This document shows positions 1 through 9,246 of a DNA stretch of 30,104 bases, piece after piece. The notes under the pieces were generated by a model. It was given only the letters and a program-made list of their open reading frames with translations, did no database searches and was not told the DNA's origin. Position 1 is the stretch's first letter. Each line of letters opens with the position of its first letter. Made by a program: the position numbers and the translations under genes. Source of the stretch: an uncultured Candidatus Saccharibacteria bacterium (GTDB taxonomy: Bacteria > Patescibacteriota > Minisyncoccia > Phycocordibacterales > UBA1006); contig CAZQWK010000001.1 in the NCBI GenBank assembly GCA_964597245.1, forward strand, positions 1 through 30,104. Direction: 5' to 3'.

Positions 1-2
1 TG

Positions 3-548
3 CTGAAACCGCGAACTGGGAATATTACCATTGACGGCGATCTTCCTAAAAACAAACGAGATATTATCGGGTATGTACCACAGCGGGTGAGTTTTGATAC
101 GAGTTTTCCTATTACTGTTCGTGAATTCTTGTCGGTATCATATCGATCTTCATTGGATCGAATGCAGCAGGTATTGAATCAGGTCGGAGCAGGGGTATTG
201 TTGAATGCAACAATTGGAACATTGTCGGGAGGACAATTTCAGCGAGTGCTGATTGCACGTGCATTGTTAGGAAACCCAAAGATTCTTTTTTTGGACGAAC
301 CGGTCAGTGGTATTGATATTGGCGGTGAGGAAAATTTCTATAAATTGATTCAGGAAATTCAAAAACAGCATCACGTGACGGTGGTTATGGTCTCTCATGA
401 AGTCCATTTGGTTTCAAAAATTGCTGATTATGTAGTGTGTGTAAATCAAAAAATGTTCTGTAGCGGTGTACCAAATGAAACATTGTCTGACGAAGTTATA
501 AATGCCTTGTATGGTCACGAGGTCTCATGTTATAACCACAGCTGTTAA
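3..548 (+). CDS. znuC: Metal (Zn/Mn) ABC transporter ATP-binding subunit, 5'-truncated by the window edge
   Basis: The frame is open from base 3 (LKPRTGNITIDG...IGYVPQR). It has the ABC signature LSGGQFQRVLIARAL, Walker B ILFLDEP and H-loop VSHE, and ends in a His-rich tail (YNHSC). The true start lies upstream of the window. Confidence 0.85.
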   Translation: MKPRTGNITIDGDLPKNKRDIIGYVPQRVSFDTSFPITVREFLSVSYRSSLDRMQQVLNQVGAGVLLNATIGTLSGGQFQRVLIARALLGNPKILFLDEPVSGIDIGGEENFYKLIQEIQKQHHVTVVMVSHEVHLVSKIADYVVCVNQKMFCSGVPNETLSDEVINALYGHEVSCYNHSC

Positions 549-550
549 TT

Positions 551-1378
551 ATGTTTGATATTTTACAATTAGAATTTATGCAGCGTGCATTTGCTGCAGG
601 GTTGATTTTGGCGCCGTTGTTGGCGGTGTTGGGATCATTTGTTACTGTTCGAAAAATGTCGTTTTTTGCGGATGGTGTGGCTCATGCTTCATTGTTTGGG
701 GTTGCCCTGGCAATTGTTGTTGGGATTACACCGTTTTACGGAGCTTTATTTATTGGGGTATTATTTGGTATTTTAATTTTTGTATTAGAGCAATATGGAA
801 AATTAGCATCCGATGCGGTAATTGGAATTATTTTTACTACTGGTTTGGCATTAGGGATTACAATTATGTCCCAGCAGCCAGGATACCAACCAGATTTGAT
901 CAGTTTCTTGTTTGGGAATATTTTATCGGTTACCTGGAATCAGGTATGGATTATTGCGATTTTATCTGTTGTAATTTTGGGTATTGTTGCGGTGCTGTAT
1001 CGTAAATTGATTCTTGTTTCACTATCCGAAGAACTAGCCTGGACATCAGGGATTACAACACAGCGATTGAATTTACTGTTTTACATTATCTTGTCTATTG
1101 CGGTGGTGTTGGGTGTAAAATTGTTAGGGATTATTTTGGTTTCCGCATTGTTAATTACACCGGCGGTAACTTCAAAACTTATCACACGATCATTTAATAT
1201 ATATATGATTATTTCAATTGTATTTGCGTTACTTGCTTTTGTCATTGGGTTGTTTGCTTCATATTATTTTGATCTACCGTCGGGCGCATCGATCGTACTT
1301 TCTGCAACGACAATATTTTTTACGGTATTTTTTGGGAAATTAATCTGTCAAAATTTTATCCTTAAAAAACACTCATAG
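551..1378 (+). CDS. znuB: Metal ABC transporter permease (ZnuB/ABC-3 family)
   Basis: Multiple hydrophobic helices; motifs RKMSFFADGVAHASLFG, LFGNILSV and PSGASIV; starts 2 nt after the ATPase gene. Confidence 0.88.
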   Translation: MFDILQLEFMQRAFAAGLILAPLLAVLGSFVTVRKMSFFADGVAHASLFGVALAIVVGITPFYGALFIGVLFGILIFVLEQYGKLASDAVIGIIFTTGLALGITIMSQQPGYQPDLISFLFGNILSVTWNQVWIIAILSVVILGIVAVLYRKLILVSLSEELAWTSGITTQRLNLLFYIILSIAVVLGVKLLGIILVSALLITPAVTSKLITRSFNIYMIISIVFALLAFVIGLFASYYFDLPSGASIVLSATTIFFTVFFGKLICQNFILKKHS

Positions 1379-1389
1379 TGAGTGTTTTT
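1365..1389. terminator. Bidirectional intrinsic terminator shared by convergent znuB and tyrA-like genes
   Basis: AAAAACACTCA-TAG-TGAGTGTTTTT. The znuB stop is the loop and the tyrA-like stop overlaps the T arm. Confidence 0.8.
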
Positions 1390-2107
1390 ATTTTTGTAGG
1401 TTTTGGGAAATAGATATGATATTTTCTGTATATTCTTGGAGGTATTTTTTGCAGTATGGGTTGTATGTATACATCATTTGAAGTAGTTTCAAATCGGGGT
1501 CTAGTCGCTCCATAAAATTAAAAAGAAAGGCATAGGACACTGTATCAATAGGAGTTTTTTCTAGTCCGATTGAGGATAGTCCGTTTCCAACGAGTTGTGC
1601 TAGAAAGTGAAATTTCGCAGCATATCGATCGTGTGTATCGGCATCCATGTCAACAACATGAAGTCCAATAAGTGATAATTTTTCTGTAATGAGAGCGTAG
1701 GATTTTTGGTCGCAGCGAATGTTTTCAATTACCATATTAAGTCCGTTAATCTTGTTGTTATTGTATTTTAGTGTTTGTGGTCCAAACATAGGGTGAGAGC
1801 CTATGATATTTACTCCTTCTGGTAGTATGTCAAGCATGATTTTTTTTGGATACACGCTTGTCGAACATACTTCAATGATGATTTGATTAGGTTTTATTTT
1901 TTTGGATATTTCCAAGATACAGTCTTTAAAGTATTTCAGTGGAACAGCTACTACAATAATATCAGCTGCTTCTATGTGATCCTCTTGTTCTTGTTGATTG
2001 TGTGTATGTCTGTCAATTGTGTTGATATTGCATCTTGTATGTCTAGATAAGATGTTTTTGATGACTGATCCAAATTTTCCATTACCTACAATAGTGATAT
2101 TTTTCAT
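1388..2107 (-). CDS. tyrA: Prephenate/arogenate dehydrogenase-like protein (TyrA family), stand-alone
   Basis: N-terminal Rossmann motif IVGNGKFG, catalytic HPMFGP motif and HDRYAA helix. Confidence 0.75.
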   Translation of the reverse strand: MKNITIVGNGKFGSVIKNILSRHTRCNINTIDRHTHNQQEQEDHIEAADIIVVAVPLKYFKDCILEISKKIKPNQIIIEVCSTSVYPKKIMLDILPEGVNIIGSHPMFGPQTLKYNNNKINGLNMVIENIRCDQKSYALITEKLSLIGLHVVDMDADTHDRYAAKFHFLAQLVGNGLSSIGLEKTPIDTVSYAFLFNFMERLDPDLKLLQMMYTYNPYCKKYLQEYTENIISISQNLQK

Positions 2108-2150
2108 TCTTATTATTTTATATAAAAAAGATTTTTTCGATAGGGTATCG

Positions 2151-2159
2151 TGATACTAT
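2151..2159 (+). promoter_or_regulatory. Extended -10 promoter (TGaTACTAT) 6 nt before the photolyase ATG, leaderless type
   Basis: TGnTANNNT motif; ATG at 2166. Confidence 0.6.
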
Positions 2160-2165
2160 GTTTTT

Positions 2166-3278
2166 ATGTTAAAAATAATGAATTATAAAGAATTGATTTC
2201 TTATATTGAAACAATTAATCCAGTTGAGTATGCTCGAACACGTAATCACCTAGATGGCGCGGTGACACGCCTATCTCCCTATATTACTCGAGGGGTTATT
2301 TCTTTGCCCGAGATTGCTGATATTATTTTGCAAAAATATTCATTGGCGCAAGGTAAGAAGTTTATACAAGAATTATCTTGGCGAGAATATTTTAACAAGG
2401 TATACCTCAGTCGACGTGATGAAATATTCTCGGATCTAAAAAATGCTCAACCGAATGTACGCCATTTGGGTGTACCTCAGGTTTTATTTTCTGGAGAAAC
2501 TTTTATTGCGACTCTTGATGGTGGTATTCAGGATCTTATCGAGAAAGGATATATCCATAATCACATGAGAATGTGGCTAGCTGGCTTTGTGACCGGGTTT
2601 GCAAAATTCCATTGGTATGAGCCTAGTCGGTGGATGTATTATCATTTATATGACGGCGATGTGGCTAGTAATACTTTGTCGTGGCAGTGGGTGGCAGGAT
2701 CTTTTTCTTCAAAGCAATATACCTTTTCTCAGTCTTTAATGGATGCATGTGGTGGTGTTTCAGAAAATAATTACTTAGATATTGATCGGGATGATTTTTG
2801 TCATCAGGATGTTCCTACTTTTGTTCAGCAGTCGGCACAGGAAAAATTATCCTGGTCCAAGCCAGCGTCAGATTGCCTGATCATTGATTCAGGTCAGCCA
2901 GTACTCCTTTATCATCCGTGGAATTTGAACCCAAAGTGGCGCAATGATGTTGTGTCTGCTCAAAAAATATTAGTTCTGGAGCCTTCACATTTCGAGCGAT
3001 TTCCAGTTTCTGAGAAAGTGACTGAATATATTATAAATTTGGCACGAATAATGATTCCAGATATTCAGGTCTTTGTTGGTGAGGTTTCTGAGATACAGAA
3101 TCTCGATTGTACCCAGGAGATTTTTAGCCAATATTCTATACACACCGAGCATTTTCCGGGTAACCATGATTTGGTACCTGAGCTTTTTCCTGAGATTCAG
3201 GGATATCATTCTTCTTTTTTTAAATTCTGGAAAAAATGTGAGAAACATCTCTCTACTCTTACTGAAAGAGTGCACTAG
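2166..3278 (+). CDS. Photolyase-family protein with N-terminal FAD-binding domain (inverted domain order, NewPHL-like)
   Basis: FAD-domain motifs start near residue 20: YARTRN..RLSPYITRGVIS, FIQELSWREYF, HNHMRMWLA, YDGDVASNTLSWQW. The C-terminal ~130 aa (LLYHPWNL...ILVLEPSHF) resemble a shortened alpha/beta domain. Confidence 0.8.
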   Translation: MLKIMNYKELISYIETINPVEYARTRNHLDGAVTRLSPYITRGVISLPEIADIILQKYSLAQGKKFIQELSWREYFNKVYLSRRDEIFSDLKNAQPNVRHLGVPQVLFSGETFIATLDGGIQDLIEKGYIHNHMRMWLAGFVTGFAKFHWYEPSRWMYYHLYDGDVASNTLSWQWVAGSFSSKQYTFSQSLMDACGGVSENNYLDIDRDDFCHQDVPTFVQQSAQEKLSWSKPASDCLIIDSGQPVLLYHPWNLNPKWRNDVVSAQKILVLEPSHFERFPVSEKVTEYIINLARIMIPDIQVFVGEVSEIQNLDCTQEIFSQYSIHTEHFPGNHDLVPELFPEIQGYHSSFFKFWKKCEKHLSTLTERVH

Positions 3279-4544
<1,266 letters not shown>

Positions 4545-4567
4545 ATTTATTGTATTTACGTATGGTG

Positions 4568-4599
4568 TTGATTATATTGTTTTTTAATGTAAAATTAAT
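4568..4599 (+). promoter_or_regulatory. Putative sigma70 promoter TTGATT-N16-TAAAAT for orphan ORF A
   Basis: TTGATT at 4568-4573 and TAAAAT at 4590-4595; the same layout recurs at 8407-8438. Confidence 0.6.
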
Positions 4600-4611
4600 A
4601 AAAAAAATAAC

Positions 4612-5052
4612 ATGAATCAGCAAATAAAAAACATTTTTGTAAAAAAGCTACAGTCAATTTTAGTAAGTTATGGTGGTCTAAACGTTCATCCTAGTTTGCT
4701 ACACGAGCATGCACAGAAGGATCAAATGTTTTATGAATATTGGTCCAAATTAATAAAGGGACTACTATATCCTCCGAGCTTTGAGTCATCGAAATTCTGT
4801 GATATCTGCACAAATATATGTCCTATGGTTTTAGGTATTGATTATGTTGGTGTACGTTCTCAGAAAAATACAGTAACCTTGTTTGAGGTTTTGTGTGGTC
4901 AGACTGCTGGGGGAGAATTATCTCGAAACCTTAGTAGAGAGGAGATGGATATATGGAGTAATCATTGGATTCTTTATGGTTTGGTAGTGGATTTCTATAC
5001 TGTTGCTGGTGATCAGTTTTGTTTTGTTAGGGCAAAACGAAAATTACAATAA
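4612..5052 (+). CDS. Hypothetical protein (orphan A, 146 aa)
   Basis: ATG-initiated ORF with its own putative promoter and a downstream terminator; no recognisable family. Confidence 0.6.
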   Translation: MNQQIKNIFVKKLQSILVSYGGLNVHPSLLHEHAQKDQMFYEYWSKLIKGLLYPPSFESSKFCDICTNICPMVLGIDYVGVRSQKNTVTLFEVLCGQTAGGELSRNLSREEMDIWSNHWILYGLVVDFYTVAGDQFCFVRAKRKLQ

Positions 5053-5058
5053 TATCTT

Positions 5059-5087
5059 AAAACCCTTCAATATTTTGAAGGGTTTTT
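5059..5087 (+). terminator. Terminator hairpin after orphan A
   Basis: AAAACCCTTCAA-TATT-TTGAAGGGTTTTT. Confidence 0.8.
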
Positions 5088-5107
5088 ATTTTTTTGAAGA
5101 GGAAAAT

Positions 5108-5139
5108 AAAAAATCACACCCTATAGGGTGTGATTTTTT
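5108..5139 (-). terminator. Terminator for rpmA (perfect 32-bp palindrome)
   Basis: AAAAAATCACACCCTATAGGGTGTGATTTTTT, 6 nt past the rpmA stop. Confidence 0.8.
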
Positions 5140-5145
5140 ATGTGA

Positions 5146-5436
5146 TTATTGTGCTGAATCAGCTTCGATAACTGAAACAACTTTTTTCACGACAATATCA
5201 CCGTTGAAATGTTTTTTACGCTTAGAAGAGAATTTTACTTTTCCTGCTTTTAGGGCAAAAAGAGTATGGTCTCGTCCAACTCCAACATTTTTACCAGCCA
5301 TGATTTTTGTACCACGCTGTCGAACGATAATTGAACCAACTTTTGCTGACTGTCCGTCAGCTAGTTTGGTTCCCAAATATTTTGGGTTTGAATCTCGGAG
5401 GTTCTTTGCGGAACCTCCCGCTTTCCTATGTGCCAT
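5146..5436 (-). CDS. rpmA: 50S ribosomal protein L27
   Basis: [16 protein letters not shown]...[11 protein letters not shown]...[12 protein letters not shown]. Confidence 0.98.
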   Translation of the reverse strand: MAHRKAGGSAKNLRDSNPKYLGTKLADGQSAKVGSIIVRQRGTKIMAGKNVGVGRDHTLFALKAGKVKFSSKRKKHFNGDIVVKKVVSVIEADSAQ

Positions 5437-5539
5437 AGTTTTAAATGTGATCCACGGAATGGATCATGTATACTGTAATTATTAAAAGATTTAATAAATT
5501 GAACAAACAGGGTAATGGATCCTGAATATTCAGAGTAAC

Positions 5540-5911
5540 ATGCGGATTATAGAAAAAGTTTATAAAAAAATCAAGACTCTCGTCGATCATCCATGGTTTG
5601 ATGAATTCATGTGGGTATCCATTGTTGTATCTGTGGCAATGGGTTCATTTGCCTTTGGGGTCATGTATCGCAGCCAACAGCTGCGCGAAATGTTTCCTGT
5701 TCGGGTGGAGGTAAATCAAGAGGCTGTTGCGTTATGGGAGCTCTATCAAAATAATCAACAAGATTTAGGTTTTGTGGCTTCTAAGAACGGGTCATTGGTG
5801 TACCCGATTGGTTGTAGTGCGGCAAATCGACTAAGTGAATCGAATAAAATATTTTTCAGTACGGTGGCCGAGGCAGAATCAGAGGGGTATCGGTTTGCGG
5901 AGGGATGTTAG
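5540..5911 (+). CDS. Membrane-anchored protein with a C-terminal Ada metal-binding-like domain
   Basis: One TM segment (about residues 24-42). The C-terminus ASKNGSLVYPIGCSAANRLSESNKIFFST..EAESEGYR..GC resembles Ada Zn-binding-like domains; recognised by eye. Confidence 0.6.
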   Translation: MRIIEKVYKKIKTLVDHPWFDEFMWVSIVVSVAMGSFAFGVMYRSQQLREMFPVRVEVNQEAVALWELYQNNQQDLGFVASKNGSLVYPIGCSAANRLSESNKIFFSTVAEAESEGYRFAEGC

Positions 5912-6192
5912 GTTGTTATCCTAAACTGCTCACCAAGATTTTTCTGACATAATTCAACTAGGAATTCGGTGGATACTGATTCGTATATTCTGAATTCTTG
6001 TTTGTAGCGTTTGCTGGTTACGGTGCATAAAATACACCCTGTATCCTGTTTTATTTTTACTTGGGCTCGATGATCGCGGCGGCCTTTTATAGAGACGATA
6101 ATACCATAGCTGATTTTTTCAATTCCATTTTTTTTGAGGAGTTTGTGAATGGTGCGCACGGGTTCTATGGCTGTTGTCTTGTTGCCTTTCAT
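5908..6192 (-). CDS. Small basic protein, DUF2103-like
   Basis: The pattern TT.I...KLL....I.KI..G.I....G....VKI....G.....V.....QE..I resembles DUF2103. A TATGCT -10 box lies 6 nt before the ATG. Confidence 0.55.
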   Translation of the reverse strand: MKGNKTTAIEPVRTIHKLLKKNGIEKISYGIIVSIKGRRDHRAQVKIKQDTGCILCTVTSKRYKQEFRIYESVSTEFLVELCQKNLGEQFRITT

Positions 6193-6288
6193 GTTTTTAG
6201 CATAGCTAAAAAATATTTTTTTCTATTGGTGTTAAGTATTTACCCGAGCTATTTTTTATTTTTCTTTGGAATTCGCTATAGTATAGCT

Positions 6289-8319
6289 ATGTCGTTATTC
6301 CAATTAAAATCAAAATATTCACCTGCAGGAGATCAACCCAAGGCAATTAAATCTTTGGTGGATGGGCTGGTGTCCGGTCGCCAAAAGCAAACACTGCTGG
6401 GGGTAACAGGATCTGGTAAAACATTTACTATGGCAAATGTTATTGATCGGGTTCAAAAACCAACTCTGGTGATTGCCCACAATAAAACATTGGCGGCGCA
6501 ATTGGCTCAGGAGTTCCAGGAGTTTTTCCCTGATAACGCTGTGCATTATTTTGTTTCATACTATGACTATTATCAGCCCGAAGCATATGTGGCCGCAAGC
6601 GATACCTATATTGAAAAAGACGCCCAGATTAACGATGAAATTGATCGTTTGCGTCATGCATCGACGCAATCACTGTTGTCACGGTCCGACGTGATTATCG
6701 TGGCATCGGTGTCATGTATCTATGGTTTAGGTTCACCGCAGGAGTATCTGGCAAAAAATCTATTGCTGGTTGCTGGTGAAAAATACGCCAAGACCGACAT
6801 TATGCGAAGGCTGGTCGAAATTCAATTCGAACGAACCACTGCTGATTTAACTCCAGGAACGTTTAGGTCTACTGGTAACACCATAGATGTAATGCCCACC
6901 GATTCAGATACGATTATGTATAGTATCGACATTATGGCGGGTCGTATTCAGCAAATTTTAGTAATTAATCCTGTTTCAGGGGTTCTTCTCGAGGAGATTC
7001 AGGATGTGGTTATCTTCCCGGCAAAACATTTTATTACTGATGGAGATAAAAAAGATCGTGCGCTGATGGCTATCCGCGAGGAGCTAGATGGTTGCCTGGG
7101 TGCATTTGAAAAAGATAAAAAATACCTAGAGCACGATCGATTAAAACGGCGTACTGAATATGATTTGGCTATGATTCGCGAGGTGGGCTACTGTAGTGGG
7201 ATTGAAAATTATTCTCGACACCTATCAGGAAAGCAGCCGGGTGAACCGGCAGACACTTTGCTATCATACTTCCCGCACGATGCTGATGGGAACCCAGAAT
7301 TTTTAACTATTATTGATGAATCACACGTAACGATTTCTCAGATTCGTGCGATGTATCGTGGTGATCAGGCCCGAAAAGAAAATTTGGTAAACCACGGGTT
7401 TAGGTTGCCGAGTGCAAAAGATAATCGCCCATTGCGATTCGAAGAATTCGAAGAGCGTGTCGGCCAGCAGATTTATGTTTCTGCAACGCCATCAGATTAC
7501 GAACGGGAAGTATCTGAAAATATTGTAGAGCAAATCATTCGGCCAACCGGCTTGTTAGATCCAATTATCGAACAGCGACCGGTTCGACCGCAGGAGTCGT
7601 ATCCTGGTCAGATTCAGGATTTTATCGCCGAGGCGGAAAAAGATATCGCAACAGGTGGTCGAGTGCTAGCAACAACTCTAACAAAAAAAATGGCCGAGGA
7701 TTTGTCATTGTATTTAAAAGATAAAAACATTCGTGCGGAATATTTACACAGTGATGTAAAAACAATGGACCGTATTCGTATTATTTCAGAATTTCGAAAA
7801 GGGGATTTTGATATATTAATTGGGGTCAATTTATTGCGTGAAGGGTTGGATATGCCAGAGGTTACATTAATTGGAATCCTCGATGCAGACAAGGCTGGGT
7901 TCTTGCGTTCGGAAACTTCATTGATTCAGACCATTGGGCGTGCCGCTCGTAATGATCGTGGTCGCGTGATTGTCTATGCTGATATGATGACACCGGCGCT
8001 GCAGGCAGCCATTGATGAAACCGCACGTCGTCGCGCCTTGCAGGATGCCTATAATCAGGAGCATGGTATTACCCCAAAAACTATCAAGAAAGCGATCCAT
8101 GATATTCGCGAACGTATGCAATCCGAGCATGTACAGACAGTAATCTCAGAGCTTGATACTGATATCGCAGCTTTTGGAAATGATTTCAAAAAATTGATTA
8201 AATACAAAAAACGCGCCATGAATGAGGCCGTCAAAGACCTAGATTTCGAACGCGCAGCAATTGTACGTGATCAGATTATTGAGCTTGAGGGAAGAATGGA
8301 AGAAGAAAAAAACCAGTAG
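6289..8319 (+). CDS. uvrB: Excinuclease ABC subunit B (start corrected from 6061 to ATG 6289)
   Basis: Walker A LLGVTGSGKT, beta-hairpin YYDYYQPEAY, DESH, NLLREGLD and a C-terminal UVR coiled coil. Similarity begins at MSLFQLKSKY, with TATAGT 6 nt upstream. Confidence 0.97.
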   Translation: MSLFQLKSKYSPAGDQPKAIKSLVDGLVSGRQKQTLLGVTGSGKTFTMANVIDRVQKPTLVIAHNKTLAAQLAQEFQEFFPDNAVHYFVSYYDYYQPEAYVAASDTYIEKDAQINDEIDRLRHASTQSLLSRSDVIIVASVSCIYGLGSPQEYLAKNLLLVAGEKYAKTDIMRRLVEIQFERTTADLTPGTFRSTGNTIDVMPTDSDTIMYSIDIMAGRIQQILVINPVSGVLLEEIQDVVIFPAKHFITDGDKKDRALMAIREELDGCLGAFEKDKKYLEHDRLKRRTEYDLAMIREVGYCSGIENYSRHLSGKQPGEPADTLLSYFPHDADGNPEFLTIIDESHVTISQIRAMYRGDQARKENLVNHGFRLPSAKDNRPLRFEEFEERVGQQIYVSATPSDYEREVSENIVEQIIRPTGLLDPIIEQRPVRPQESYPGQIQDFIAEAEKDIATGGRVLATTLTKKMAEDLSLYLKDKNIRAEYLHSDVKTMDRIRIISEFRKGDFDILIGVNLLREGLDMPEVTLIGILDADKAGFLRSETSLIQTIGRAARNDRGRVIVYADMMTPALQAAIDETARRRALQDAYNQEHGITPKTIKKAIHDIRERMQSEHVQTVISELDTDIAAFGNDFKKLIKYKKRAMNEAVKDLDFERAAIVRDQIIELEGRMEEEKNQ

Positions 8320-8336
8320 TATTACTGGTTTTTTTT
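8306..8336 (+). terminator. Terminator overlapping the uvrB stop codon
   Basis: AAAAAAACCAGTA-GTAT-TACTGGTTTTTTT. Confidence 0.8.
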
Positions 8337-8406
8337 ATTAGTGTGCTCGTGGCTGTTACTTGATCCCAGTAAAACCACTATATATTTTGAGTAGCATTAT
8401 TGAGTA

Positions 8407-8438
8407 TTGATTCTTACTTTATTTGATGTAAAATTAAT
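8407..8438 (+). promoter_or_regulatory. Putative sigma70 promoter TTGATT-N16-TAAAAT for orphan ORF B
   Basis: TTGATT at 8407-8412 and TAAAAT at 8429-8434; ATGTAAAATTAAT is identical to 4587-4599. Confidence 0.6.
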
Positions 8439-8466
8439 TACAAAAGAAATTTTAAAATTATAGATC

Positions 8467-8865
8467 ATGGAAGATAGTTTTTTTAATGAAATCAATTCAT
8501 TTATTGCAAGCGAGAAAAAATATCTTGTAAGCTTTAATCACACAAAAAAGAGTTGCAGGGTGCTGCTCATGGTCGGTTTATTTATTTTTAGCGGATATCT
8601 GGTCTATGTATTTTTTGGTAGTGACTTGGTGCCGCAGAGGTATATAATTGGCTGCGGATTATTTTTTGCAGCAGTTGTTTTTTTATATTTTGCAGGGGTG
8701 AATTATGTATCTATGTATAAGCATCACCACAGCCATATGGCAGAAAAAAAACTCCTTGCTGAGTCGTATCTTCAGAAAATCGAAGAGCTGAAAAGAGCAC
8801 CTTATTCGTATCAGTATGGATCTGAGTATTTAGATGGTTGGATCAAAAAAATAAAGAACGTTTAA
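8467..8865 (+). CDS. Hypothetical membrane protein (orphan B, 132 aa, two TM helices)
   Basis: Two hydrophobic segments followed by HHHSH; has its own putative promoter and terminator. Confidence 0.65.
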   Translation: MEDSFFNEINSFIASEKKYLVSFNHTKKSCRVLLMVGLFIFSGYLVYVFFGSDLVPQRYIIGCGLFFAAVVFLYFAGVNYVSMYKHHHSHMAEKKLLAESYLQKIEELKRAPYSYQYGSEYLDGWIKKIKNV

Positions 8866-8875
8866 TATCTTATGA

Positions 8876-8902
8876 AAAACCCTACATGTTTAGTGGGGTT
8901 TT
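8876..8902 (+). terminator. Terminator hairpin after orphan B
   Basis: AAAACCCTAC-ATGTTTA-GTGGGGTTTT, with one G-U pair. Confidence 0.7.
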
Positions 8903-9022
8903 ATTGTTTTTCTGGGTTTGTTTTTGTGTTTCTTGTATATAAAAATTTCAGTCATAGAATTGCAAGCTTTTGGTCGTTGGTATAGAAACTCTCAGTTGGA
9001 AGTTAATAAAATTTTAAAATAT

Positions 9023-9054
9023 AAACCCTGGAATAATTGTAATCCGGGGTTTTT
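9023..9054. terminator. Terminator-like hairpin with no gene directly upstream
   Basis: AAACCCTGGA-N10-TCCGGGGTTT followed by TT. Confidence 0.5.
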
Positions 9055-9246
9055 ATGTGTCTGAAAAGTTTTATTTATCAAGGAGGTGGTGGTAATCTAG
9101 ATTTTTATACATTCCTGTTGTAGGGAGGTAGTGTCATATATTTTGGTGTTTTTTTATTTTTTTAAAAAGGTATTCGAGAAGGTGCTTAGATATTATAAAT
9201 CGGGGGTAATACTTTTAATTTTTCTTTTATAAAAACCAGTTGTTGG

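Noticed and set aside
5003-5485. 160-aa + strand ORF
   Set aside because: It is the antisense shadow of rpmA and runs through two terminators.
6061-6288. 76-aa N-terminal extension of UvrB (TTG start)
   Set aside because: It overlaps the minus-strand DUF2103-like gene, UvrB similarity starts at Met 6289, and a -10 box lies 6 nt before that ATG.
4568-8902. Integron attC interpretation of the orphan cassette ends
   Set aside because: No RYYYAAC/GTTRRRY core sites, no tandem array and no integrase; the genes also carry their own promoters.
8890-8955. 21-aa minus-strand ORF (MTEIFIYKKHKNKPRKTIKPH) ending in a hairpin
   Set aside because: Too short and low-complexity, with no clear promoter; expected by chance.
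9080-9130. Strong SD-like motifs AAGGAGGTG and GGGAGGT in the intergenic region
   Set aside because: No usable start codon or ORF follows; the reverse strand gives only 10- and 13-codon frames.
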